Positions 18,253 to 26,770 of a stretch of DNA of 64,000 nucleotides are shown one piece after another; position 1 is the stretch's first letter, and each line of letters opens with the position of its first letter. The stretch comes from Candidatus Levyibacteriota bacterium. Lineage in GTDB: Bacteria; Patescibacteriota; Microgenomatia; Levybacterales; GWA1-39-11. Position numbers and translations under genes: made by a program. Below the pieces are notes generated by a model. The model saw only the letters and a program-made list of their open reading frames with translations. It made no database searches and was not told the origin of the DNA. The stretch spans positions 11,211-75,210 of the forward strand of contig JAGORM010000002.1 of NCBI GenBank assembly GCA_018062815.1, in the 5' to 3' direction.

Positions 18253-18993
18253 TTAGAAATCACCAAGGGATTGTAGGATGTCAGCTGCTACATTTGGGCT
18301 GAGAAGCTGTTCAGGGTGAGCATCATACGGTTTATAAGCATCTGGATTTTTCTGTATTACGCCTTTGGCAAAGTGTTTATAATGTTGAATTTGCGACTGC
18401 ATGTCCTTGCGTTCCCGTTCTAGGCAGGGGGATAAAACAGCTGCCAAAAGATCGCGGGGCCATAGTTTTGGATGGGTAATTAGATGTGTACCAGTTGGGT
18501 CAAGCTGAAAAGATTTTTCTATTTGTCTTATTTCTCCTGATGTGAGCGGTGTATCTGGGTAGTCAGCATGAATAAAGGGAAGCTCAGCAGAATAAGTTCC
18601 TGCTACATCATTATTATATCTTGCAGTAAACTTGTATAAAGAAAAAGTTGCCTCATTTCTGGTTTCATAGAGTGAAAGCGCTAGATTTCCCAGTAGAACT
18701 GCCCCTTTATCAGCGTTATAACTTTCATTGTTAGTATTGCTCAGCATAGAATCCTTTGGTGCAATATATTCTAGGGCGCGTTTTTCTTGATTTTCTCCGA
18801 GTCTTCCAGTTTGAAGTCCTCTGGCTCCAGCATCTTTCCATTCATGAGCAAATACTTCAAGTTGAGAAAGAGACTGTGCATGAAGTTCAAATTCCTCACG
18901 TTGCCGCATTTCAAGTGAGGCTGCCAAAGAAGATTTATCTGTATTCATTCTAAGATATCCGCGGATTCTACTGTCTCTTTCTAATTTTTGCAT
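18253..18993 (-). CDS. Hypothetical cytoplasmic protein (246 aa)
   Basis: ORF only. Confidence 0.5.
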   Translation of the reverse strand: MQKLERDSRIRGYLRMNTDKSSLAASLEMRQREEFELHAQSLSQLEVFAHEWKDAGARGLQTGRLGENQEKRALEYIAPKDSMLSNTNNESYNADKGAVLLGNLALSLYETRNEATFSLYKFTARYNNDVAGTYSAELPFIHADYPDTPLTSGEIRQIEKSFQLDPTGTHLITHPKLWPRDLLAAVLSPCLERERKDMQSQIQHYKHFAKGVIQKNPDAYKPYDAHPEQLLSPNVAADILQSLGDF

Positions 18994-19180
18994 GATAAAA
19001 AATAACCCTTGAGTATCTTCACGGATTACTTTGATTTTTTACTGTAAACATATTTTACGTCAGAGATAAGTCTGTTACAGTGATCTATCTCACATCTGGG
19101 GATTTTTAGATGTACGGTTGATTTAAGTTGAGTACTGATTAAAAAAACTTGCTTAAGTTTATTAACTTTAATGAGAAGTG

Positions 19181-19798
19181 TTACTTTAGTAATTTTATCG
19201 ATGATAAGACTTTATTAACCTCGTTCTGATATCCGTTCTGTTTAGGGTCGCTCACAGCATAAGTAATTACTACTGCATAGTTAGACTTATCATCTTTTTG
19301 AAGAGCTAAATTTTTTGAAGTTCCAAGCCCTCTTAAAGCATAACTAAAACCTGGATATTCGTTTTGTATTATTGATTTTTTTGGCTCTACGACTTCTGAT
19401 GTTCCGTCTGCTGTGGATTCCTTTATGCGTGAGTTTACCCAATTTTCCAATGTCTCTCCCTGTAGGTCAATAGTTTCAAACACTATGAGGACACCATCAG
19501 ACATTTCACTTTGGGGTCTTTGAGTTACCCCTCTTTTATATATCCGAATATGCTTAATGTCTTGAGTGTCTAGTGTATAGTCATTAGGATAAAGAATGGA
19601 GAAAATACCCTTTTCATCTAAATAACTGCTTCCGCTAGCTCCCAAATCAATTTGAGATGGCTCGTTCGGGGGAGCAAGGGGAGAAGGTGTTGTGGTTTGT
19701 TGGGAAGTAGACGTTTTTTCTAGTATATTGGAGAAAATCAACCAACATGCAACTCCAATAAGTACTAGTGATAAAATGCCTAACGGTATCAGCTTCAT
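19181..19798 (-). CDS. Secreted/anchored small protein, paralog family member 1 (FSxxYPxxY...SSIKLLK)
   Basis: N-terminal signal-anchor MKLIPLGILSLVLIGVACWLIF (start set at second ATG; track start 19816). Shares motif and C-terminus with the genes at 20011, 20776 and 62628. Confidence 0.6.
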   Translation of the reverse strand: MKLIPLGILSLVLIGVACWLIFSNILEKTSTSQQTTTPSPLAPPNEPSQIDLGASGSSYLDEKGIFSILYPNDYTLDTQDIKHIRIYKRGVTQRPQSEMSDGVLIVFETIDLQGETLENWVNSRIKESTADGTSEVVEPKKSIIQNEYPGFSYALRGLGTSKNLALQKDDKSNYAVVITYAVSDPKQNGYQNEVNKVLSSIKLLK

Positions 19799-20010
19799 GT
19801 GTAGGTATTGTAGCAAACTAATATGAGAATGAGGTAAGAAATTATGTTAAGTGAGTTATGGAGGAGTATCGTTTAAATAGCTCAAAGCTTGTTTGTCTTA
19901 AGCATTAGAGTGAGAAATCTCGAAGATATTTGGTCTTTAACATACAAATATCCATAAAGATGAATAATGTTCGTAGTATATTTCAGAGATTTTTATAACC
20001 TAATGTTGAC

Positions 20011-20676
20011 TTAGTTTGTGAGTTTGAAGCTTGAAATAATTTCTGCAATGGTTTCTTTTGAGGCGTTATAGTCACTTAAAGAAGCTTGCATGCTACCTGA
20101 TGGATAGTCAGTCCCATATAGAATGTTATACTCACCTACTGCAAAATCAACATACGCGCCTCTGTTATTTAAAATAATTTCAGTTTCGTCAATATCTTTG
20201 CCATCAACATTAACTGTTATTTTATTAGTTATAGTACTATTTTCTCCACCAAACCCATATGGAAATTGACCTTTAGAGATAGTAATAGAAACAGTTTTGT
20301 TAGGATTCATTAATTGTACTGTTTCTAAGAATTCGCTTGGTCCGGTTTGTATCCAATCAGCGGGGTACATAAAGGTGTAATTTGCCCCGTTATATGTTTT
20401 CCAATTATTTTTTTGATTTGTAGAAATTGTAGGATTAGGCGTTGGGGTCGTAACAGTAGATGTTGGTTGGAGAGTAGGAGAGGGGGTGATTACTTGTTGG
20501 GGTTGAGTATTATTTTTTTGTGTACCTAAAAAATACGCTCCACCACCTACGATAAGCAATAAGACTATTACGCCTAAAATGATAATAAATTTACCCCTAT
20601 GACTGTTATCAGGGTGTTGTAGGGTTTGATTTGGTGTTTCGGCAGGATTTGTTGGCTGATTAGTAGTATTTTCCAT
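20011..20676 (-). CDS. Secreted/anchored small protein, paralog family member 2
   Basis: TM anchor (FIIILGVIVLLLIVGGGAYFLG), Pro/Thr linker, NWKTYNGANYTFMYPADW motif, C-terminus IISSFKLTN. Confidence 0.65.
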   Translation of the reverse strand: MENTTNQPTNPAETPNQTLQHPDNSHRGKFIIILGVIVLLLIVGGGAYFLGTQKNNTQPQQVITPSPTLQPTSTVTTPTPNPTISTNQKNNWKTYNGANYTFMYPADWIQTGPSEFLETVQLMNPNKTVSITISKGQFPYGFGGENSTITNKITVNVDGKDIDETEIILNNRGAYVDFAVGEYNILYGTDYPSGSMQASLSDYNASKETIAEIISSFKLTN

Positions 20677-20775
20677 ATGAGGTTATTGTTTCAAAATAGA
20701 CAGAGGAAAGCAAGAATCAGATAATATTTCATCCATGATTTGCGGGAGCTAGCAAACTTTGTAGGAACACATGAC

Positions 20776-21363
20776 TTATTTAGCAAACTTGAAGGTTGAG
20801 AGAAGATTATTAAAAGTACTGACGGCATTTTTATTTTTAGTTTCTGTTTCTTCCCAATCAGCATAAATGAGACTGAATTCGTAGTATAACCCGTCTTTTG
20901 AAAATCTTACAACTTCAATAGCCGATTGTATGCCACTAGGAATTGACCATCTTGTTGCTTGTGACCCGCTTACTGTGTATGGATATACTTTTATAGTCTC
21001 TGAGTTACCTAAGTTGATTGGATCATTGGTATAATCTTGTTCAAGGATACTTAAATATATACGCGGCAGAGTAGATTCGCCCTTTTTGACAGGACTATAT
21101 AAAATGACTCCACGACTTTTAGATTTTTCGCTTAACCTCCAATCCTCCGGATAAAAAAAACTAAACCCTAGTTTTTGGTCCATAAATAAGTTTTTTTTAG
21201 GTTGTTTGAATGTAGATGTGAGTTTAAGAGTAGGCGTAGTTTTATTTGAAAAACCCGTTACTTTCACATCTTTTTTTTGTTCTGATGGTTTAATCAAAAA
21301 AGCAATAAACAGTATCAGGATTAGGATGAAGCACGCAATAATTATTTTGTAATAAGTCTTCAT
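20776..21363 (-). CDS. Secreted/anchored small protein, paralog family member 3
   Basis: TM anchor (IIIACFILILILFIAFLI), LGFSFFYPEDW motif, C-terminus LLSTFKFAK. Confidence 0.65.
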   Translation of the reverse strand: MKTYYKIIIACFILILILFIAFLIKPSEQKKDVKVTGFSNKTTPTLKLTSTFKQPKKNLFMDQKLGFSFFYPEDWRLSEKSKSRGVILYSPVKKGESTLPRIYLSILEQDYTNDPINLGNSETIKVYPYTVSGSQATRWSIPSGIQSAIEVVRFSKDGLYYEFSLIYADWEETETKNKNAVSTFNNLLSTFKFAK

Positions 21364-21472
21364 GTTAACTGTGAGAAAAATTTTAACATGGGCAGTTTAA
21401 CACAAACAAGGCTAATAGTAAACTATAAGATTATTTTTTTTGGGGGCAAGCATACATTGTAAGAACACACTG

Positions 21473-22324
21473 TTATGCTTTAATACTTCTTTTATGAAGT
21501 GCATTTTTTATACGTAGATTAAGTTCTTGTGTAAGAGTGGGATTGTCAAAATCACGGTCTACAATTGTATCAATTCCATCTGTGCCAACTTCCAGTACAA
21601 GTAATTTTCCGTCCTTAGATTTAATAAGGTCAACAACCCCAAAAGCGCTAAAGAGTTGAACTGCTTCTAATGCTTTTCTGGAAACATCCATAGCTTCCTC
21701 TGTTGGCTGCTCAAGCGGAAAATATCTTGCTCCTACAGCGTGTGCGACTAAATCTTTGGGTTTTACCCCATCTGGGAGCTTGCGAACATTCCATGCAAAA
21801 ATCTCTCCGTCAACACAGTAAGTTCTATAAACCTCTGGATTTTCATGTCTTACGAATTCCTGGACAATAAACGGTTTTTGCCAATCAAGGTGAGTGAAAT
21901 ACCCCTCAGCATCTAGCTTAACCATTTTCTCACTGTCCACTATGGTGTGTCCTCGCGTTGCCAAGCCTGTTGGGTACTTCAATATCCACTCTTTTTCTGA
22001 ATGTTGTTTTAAAAAATCTTCAGTTTGGGGAGTATCTTTTACCAGATGCGTTTCAGGGGTAGGCACACCATTTTTATTAAATAAATGCGCTTGGATTCGC
22101 TTGTCCCCAGCTGCAATTATCCCAAAATAAGGGATAAATAGTTCATATTTTTTTATTTTTTTGAAACTTTGACGCCCGTCCTCTAAGTAAAGGGGGTAGT
22201 GAACTGCGTTTGCATCAAAAGTCTCAGAAACAGAACCATTCCAATTTCTTGCATTCTCATTTGCTAGTTGTCCGAACCAGGTTTCTCCAACCTTTCCCTG
22301 ATTAACTATTTTTATTTCTTTCAT
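21473..22324 (-). CDS. ATP-grasp family ligase (RimK/GshB-like fold)
   Basis: ATP-grasp signatures: DKRIQAHLFNKNGVPTPET, WILKYPTGLATRGHTIV, FIVQEFVRHENPEVYRTYCVDGEIFAWNVRK, LLVLEVGTDG. Confidence 0.65.
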   Translation of the reverse strand: MKEIKIVNQGKVGETWFGQLANENARNWNGSVSETFDANAVHYPLYLEDGRQSFKKIKKYELFIPYFGIIAAGDKRIQAHLFNKNGVPTPETHLVKDTPQTEDFLKQHSEKEWILKYPTGLATRGHTIVDSEKMVKLDAEGYFTHLDWQKPFIVQEFVRHENPEVYRTYCVDGEIFAWNVRKLPDGVKPKDLVAHAVGARYFPLEQPTEEAMDVSRKALEAVQLFSAFGVVDLIKSKDGKLLVLEVGTDGIDTIVDRDFDNPTLTQELNLRIKNALHKRSIKA

Positions 22325-22437
22325 GAATTAGAGGAGATTATAGGAGGTTCTAGCCAAAATTCAGAAGTTAGATTCGAGTGCTAAAGCTAAACGAGGTTAA
22401 AAGCGATGCAGGCGCTGGTAAACTTCGTTGGAACGTA

Positions 22438-22959
22438 TTATTTTAATAAACCTCTGTTGTTTTCGTAAAAAACCCTCGTATTTTGTTCTATTTGATATTG
22501 TTCAGGTGTGAAAAGTTTAGCTTCGGCAATTTTGTCTGCATTAAAAACAAAATTCATATGCACTGCTTGATAATCAGGGTGGCTCCAGGGATTTTTGCCC
22601 ATTCTTGCTGTCCTAATTCCCCAAGGAAACTCCTTTGGCATTGGCCATTTTTTCCTAATAAGTTTAAGTGTCCTGAAAACATCAGAGCTGTTAACAACCA
22701 ACTGAAGTGCATATAGATCAAGTATTGGTATAGACTTACGCAATGGATTTTCTATCTTTTCAAGTAGCCTATCAGTAGATTTAATTCTCGCGTCGGATTG
22801 CAACACCTCAATTTCGCTCGAAGTTAGATGTGCTAGCATTTCGCTGTGAAGACCTTTTATCACTGCTAATTCGTGAGAGAGATCTCTGTCATTAGCATAG
22901 GCTGCCGTTACCTCGGGTTGCTCTAGTAAAGTCTGAGGACCTGAATATGTTTCTTTCAT
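22438..22959 (-). CDS. RelA/SpoT-domain (GTP pyrophosphokinase-like) small nucleotidyltransferase
   Basis: Matches synthetase-domain landmarks: ARIKSTDRLLEKI (cf. GRVKSxxSxxEKL), IPILDLYALQLVV (cf. DLxGxRII), SSDVFRTLKLIRKKW (cf. DDCYxxLxxI), GKNPWSHPDYQAVHMNFVF (cf. PKxNGYQSLHTxV). The canonical G of DxxG is replaced. Confidence 0.5.
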   Translation of the reverse strand: MKETYSGPQTLLEQPEVTAAYANDRDLSHELAVIKGLHSEMLAHLTSSEIEVLQSDARIKSTDRLLEKIENPLRKSIPILDLYALQLVVNSSDVFRTLKLIRKKWPMPKEFPWGIRTARMGKNPWSHPDYQAVHMNFVFNADKIAEAKLFTPEQYQIEQNTRVFYENNRGLLK

Positions 22960-23009
22960 GCGGTCATTCTATCAAAAAAGAGACCGTTAATCAAACTATA
23001 GGATTTTTG

Positions 23010-23080
23010 CAGGGCCGCAGAGATTCGAACTCTGAAAAGCGGTTTTGGAGACCGCTGTGATACCATTTCACCACAGCCCT
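23010..23080 (-). tRNA. tRNA-Trp (CCA)
   Basis: Minus-strand reading AGGGCTG-TG-GTGA-AATGGTA-TCAC-A-GCGGT-CTCCAAA-ACCGC-TTTTC-CAGAG-TTCGAAT-CTCTG-CGGCCCT-G. Anticodon CCA; acceptor has one G-U pair; no encoded 3' CCA. Confidence 0.75.
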
Positions 23081-23250
23081 TCGATTAGCTCAGGGTAAAC
23101 CCTTCTGTAAGCTCAGGGTAAACCCTTCCGTAAAGCTTCCCTCGGAATACTCGGGACAGGCAGGGTAATCCCTAAGGTAGTCTTATTTTACCCGTTCGAT
23201 AAGCTCAGGGCAAGCCCGTACATTCAAGCTCAGGGCGGGTACAGATTAGT
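23081..23250. repeat. Cluster of 4-5 imperfect copies of AAGCTCAGGG(T/C)AA(A/G)CCC(T) arranged as a duplicated ~50-nt unit, in the divergent spacer between tRNA-Trp and the gene at 23337
   Basis: Copies at ~23086, 23110, 23160 (degenerate, GGCAGGGTAATCCCT), 23200 and 23225. Each contains a short AGGG-TAA(A)-CCCT dyad. Confidence 0.6.
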
Positions 23251-23336
23251 TAAAAACAAATAGAGAAGTTTGACCCCTATAGTATTTTAAGGTATAATTG
23301 TGTTTCTATTTGTTAAGATCAAATAGTGCATAATTT

Positions 23337-24104
23337 ATGGCATTAAATCACGAATCGCATGAAGTTTTTGAACAATACGGTATTTCTGAAGATACACTTT
23401 ATCCAAGGGTAAAGTTGTTAACATCGTCTATAAACTCAACTAAAATTGATCCAATAATGATTGCCATAAATCTTCAAAAAAAAGTTTATGGGGAGACTCC
23501 TGACATAAATATAAGCAAAATTAATCGTTTTACTACAGCAATTTCTAGGCGCGGAATTGATGAAGATGTTCTTGTGGAGACATTTGGGAATAAAGAGGCA
23601 GGAGCGGAGTATGTGAAAAGTAAACTACCATCAGGATTTATGGTGGAAGTGTTTACAGGAGGAGCTTGGAATATAAAAGTTGCAGCTAAAACAGATAAAG
23701 ATTCAGAAAGAAAATTTAATCAGTTGCAGCATTTTGACTCGACAGGTGAAGAAGGTATAAATCAATTGAGTGAGACATGGCCTGTTCTTACAATAACAAA
23801 TGACGGAAAACTTGAATTGTCTTCAAAGGATGCATTTACTATGCGTATAAGTAAATCAGAAGCATCAGTATCAGAACCAAAATGGGAAAAAAAGAGTATA
23901 TTTTTCTCCGCTTATGACATTTATCCCTCTCTTGTTCCTAATGACAGTATAGAAGTTGAAGTCGGAGTACTTATAAGAAATTTTGATGTTCAAGAGATGA
24001 TAGCAAGATTTGGAGAAGGCATTAGACAAAGACAGTTAACACTAGAAGACTTAAGCAGCTACGTTAAGCCTTATATATTACTACATGAACAAAGCAAGGT
24101 ATAA
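23337..24104 (+). CDS. Hypothetical protein (255 aa)
   Basis: ORF immediately upstream of era (stop/start overlap region); no motifs recognised. Confidence 0.5.
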   Translation: MALNHESHEVFEQYGISEDTLYPRVKLLTSSINSTKIDPIMIAINLQKKVYGETPDINISKINRFTTAISRRGIDEDVLVETFGNKEAGAEYVKSKLPSGFMVEVFTGGAWNIKVAAKTDKDSERKFNQLQHFDSTGEEGINQLSETWPVLTITNDGKLELSSKDAFTMRISKSEASVSEPKWEKKSIFFSAYDIYPSLVPNDSIEVEVGVLIRNFDVQEMIARFGEGIRQRQLTLEDLSSYVKPYILLHEQSKV

Positions 24105-24136
24105 TGATAACTGATCATAAAAAGGATAAAAACAAT

Positions 24137-24982
24137 ATGAAAGTAGGAACAGTTGCACTAATCGGAAGACCAAATGTTGGTAAAAGCACACTTGTAAATA
24201 ACCTGGTGGGGCAAAAGGTGGCAATAACAAGCCCCAAGCCTCAGACTACTAAGTTTCCAATATTTGCCGTATATGAAGATGAGCGCGGACAAATAGTGTT
24301 TGTAGATACTCCTGGGATTTTTGCGAAGGCAAAGTTAGCTCAGGGAAAAGAAGCAAACAAAGAATCTGAAAAAATCTTAAAAGAAGAGGTTCAAGCAGTT
24401 TTATATATTGTTGATAAATCACGTGAGCGAGGCTTAGAGGAGAATAGAGTATTAGGTATGGTAAGAAAACTAACAGCTCCTAAAATCATGGTCTACAATA
24501 AGTCAGATATAACAGAACCTGATTTCACCGCCCAGTATAAATTTATGGAAGAGGAATTTGATGCAGTAATACATGTCTCCGCACTCAAGAATCTTCATCT
24601 ACCTATATTGCTTACAAAAATATTTGAGTTCATGCCGGAAGGGGAAAAATATATAGATCGTGCGTCTATGCCTATTGCTGCGCTTAACATGGATTCAAAC
24701 CTCTATATGGAGGAGGTCATTCGGGAAAAGGCATATTTGAAGCTTAGGCGTGAACTTCCTTATATGGTTAGAATTGTAATAGATGAAGTGAGACATAGAA
24801 CAAATGGATCTATGTATATAAAGTCACGCGTTTTAGTTCCGGACACGCATTATAAGAAGATGGTAATTGGCGCGGGAGGTCGTATGATTAAGGAAATAGG
24901 GCTTATGAGCAGAAAAGAATTTGAGGTTGCGACCGGAAAAAAGGTATTTTTAGATTTAACGGTGGAGGTAGGAAAAATATAG
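24137..24982 (+). CDS. era: GTPase Era
   Basis: G1 GRPNVGKSTL, G3 DTPGI, G4 NKSD; C-terminal KH domain (VIGAGGRMIKEIG). Start set at MKVGTVALIG preceded by AAGGAT (track start 24104). Confidence 0.85.
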   Translation: MKVGTVALIGRPNVGKSTLVNNLVGQKVAITSPKPQTTKFPIFAVYEDERGQIVFVDTPGIFAKAKLAQGKEANKESEKILKEEVQAVLYIVDKSRERGLEENRVLGMVRKLTAPKIMVYNKSDITEPDFTAQYKFMEEEFDAVIHVSALKNLHLPILLTKIFEFMPEGEKYIDRASMPIAALNMDSNLYMEEVIREKAYLKLRRELPYMVRIVIDEVRHRTNGSMYIKSRVLVPDTHYKKMVIGAGGRMIKEIGLMSRKEFEVATGKKVFLDLTVEVGKI

Positions 24983-24985
24983 CAT

Positions 24986-25519
24986 ATGAAAGAAATAGCT
25001 TCTCCTGTGGAGCAGATTATAAAAAGGGATGCATTTGTAAATCCACATAGTCCATTTAATCCTTTTTATACTTTCGGGGAGGTTCCCCATAGGAGTAATT
25101 TTATACCTGCTGTTATTAGCACATTTGGTTACTCCAGAGGTTTTACTGACGCTCAGGCAGCGTGCTTCCAGTTTTTAGAAGAATACTCAGGTTTTTGCTA
25201 TAAGCAGTCAATTGAGAATTATTTAGTTGCAGGAGGTTTTAGCGTGTTACGTCAAGAAGAGCAGGTTTTAGTAGTTAAAACTGTAAGGGGGGTAAAAGGT
25301 ACGCGTGGACACAAAACTGAACTAACACAAGCCAGGTCAGAAGAAATCGGGGAAGGGTTTGACAGGTATTTAATACGCGTAATGGAAGAAAAGAATCCAT
25401 ATTTGCAAATGATTACAGAGGGTAAAAGATTGGAGCCATATGCTTTTTTAGGCAAGCTGAAAGGGTATGTTACTCAGGAGGAATACGAGCGTCTAAATGA
25501 CACAATAATTCTTGAGTAA
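24986..25519 (+). CDS. Hypothetical protein (177 aa)
   Basis: ORF 3 nt after era stop. Confidence 0.5.
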   Translation: MKEIASPVEQIIKRDAFVNPHSPFNPFYTFGEVPHRSNFIPAVISTFGYSRGFTDAQAACFQFLEEYSGFCYKQSIENYLVAGGFSVLRQEEQVLVVKTVRGVKGTRGHKTELTQARSEEIGEGFDRYLIRVMEEKNPYLQMITEGKRLEPYAFLGKLKGYVTQEEYERLNDTIILE

Positions 25520-25566
25520 ATTCCTACTTGATTTTGTGTCTTACTATCCCGTATATTTAATACCTG

Positions 25567-26046
25567 ATGCAAGATGACACAAACCTTATAAAATCTGTAG
25601 ATGAAGACGCAGTTGAAGGTGAAGTAGTAGAAAACGCTTCATTTTCAGATTCGCAATCTGTGTCAGATAATGCCGCGACAGTATCCCTGAGCCTTGAGAG
25701 TCTTATAAAGGGTCATTTAAATACACTTACTAAACTTAAAAATCAGGTCGCTGAACAAATGGATATGTTAAACAATGTTTTAGAAAATGACCCTACATAT
25801 AAACAACACTCAGAAGATGCAAAAAAAGCGACCAAAGTAAAAACCGCTACAAAATCAGAGATTATGAAACGTCCTGATGTTATGCAGGTTAACAATAAAA
25901 TTAAGGCAGCCCGTGAGGAACAAAAAGAACAACAGCAGACACTTTCAGAGCTTCTTGCTGAATATCAAAGAACCACAGGACTTGATTCCATTGAGACAGA
26001 AGAAGGCAAAATTAGAAAAATAATTACAACAGCACGCCTTGGATAA
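25567..26046 (+). CDS. Hypothetical acidic coiled-coil protein (159 aa)
   Basis: ORF; strongly acidic N-terminus, heptad-like C-terminus. Confidence 0.5.
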   Translation: MQDDTNLIKSVDEDAVEGEVVENASFSDSQSVSDNAATVSLSLESLIKGHLNTLTKLKNQVAEQMDMLNNVLENDPTYKQHSEDAKKATKVKTATKSEIMKRPDVMQVNNKIKAAREEQKEQQQTLSELLAEYQRTTGLDSIETEEGKIRKIITTARLG

Positions 26047-26115
26047 TTAATTTCTTTACCTCTTTCTTACACTCCCGCACTTGATACTTATTATTTACTG
26101 CCGTATACTTTATCT

Positions 26116-26385
26116 ATGAGCTTACAGGAAGTTTTTTATATAGTAGGATTGGTATATATGAGTTTGGGTATAGTGCTTCTTATAGCGCTTGTAATTGTAG
26201 CTTTTTACATAAAGGGGAGAATTGACGCGATTCATAAAACATTTGATCAAAAATTGCACATAATTGAAAAGCTTACTTCTCGTCCTGCTGAGTCTGCGGC
26301 TGATTTTGGAGCAAGTCTTGCTGAGGCTGCCATTGATCGGGTAAGGTCAGCATTTGAAGGAAACAAAAAAAAGAAATCTTCTTGA
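26116..26385 (+). CDS. Small single-pass membrane protein (89 aa)
   Basis: One TM (VGLVYMSLGIVLLIALVIVAFYI) followed by a basic tail. Confidence 0.45.
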   Translation: MSLQEVFYIVGLVYMSLGIVLLIALVIVAFYIKGRIDAIHKTFDQKLHIIEKLTSRPAESAADFGASLAEAAIDRVRSAFEGNKKKKSS

Positions 26386-26427
26386 AGGAATCGGATTAAT
26401 TTTTATAAAAAGATCTTCTGTAGTTAA

Positions 26428-26715
26428 TTACTCATTCAAAAAATCAAGATTTGCATCATGATTTTTAAATTGTTTTTCTTCCCCACAACCGTTGCACTTA
26501 CCCATTGAAGTTTCTCCGTTTGGTTCATCAATTCTCCATCTGTGAGCATGTTTCACAGAGGTAAGTTGAGAGAGTTTTGTGTTTTTTTCCTGGTTTTCTT
26601 GCTTACCCTTGGTTTTATACAAAAGCGTATCCATTTTTTTCCATGGACGATTATTAGGCTCTATTGGAGTTGTTTTTTGTTTATGATTAGATTTTTCTGC
26701 AGACATAAAGCGCAT
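26428..26715 (-). CDS. Small zinc-ribbon-like protein
   Basis: C-terminal CNGCGEEKQF...H motif; the antisense track ORF 26542-26808 is Phe/Cys-rich junk. Confidence 0.4.
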   Translation of the reverse strand: MRFMSAEKSNHKQKTTPIEPNNRPWKKMDTLLYKTKGKQENQEKNTKLSQLTSVKHAHRWRIDEPNGETSMGKCNGCGEEKQFKNHDANLDFLNE

Positions 26716-26770
26716 TATAAGATGAATTTAGCTGAATTTCAACACGACATGGATAGGTTTTGTATTCTGT

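Noticed and set aside
23083-23130. tRNA fragments or pseudogene suggested by the TAGCTCAG D-loop-like string
   Set aside because: No acceptor, anticodon or T-arm pairing can be drawn; only the 8-mer matches.
23081-23250. Possible CRISPR array suggested by repeated AGCTCAGGG..CCC units
   Set aside because: Only 4-5 degenerate copies with irregular spacing (24, ~50, ~40, 25 nt), repeats much shorter than CRISPR repeats, and no cas genes. Reported instead as an intergenic repeat cluster.
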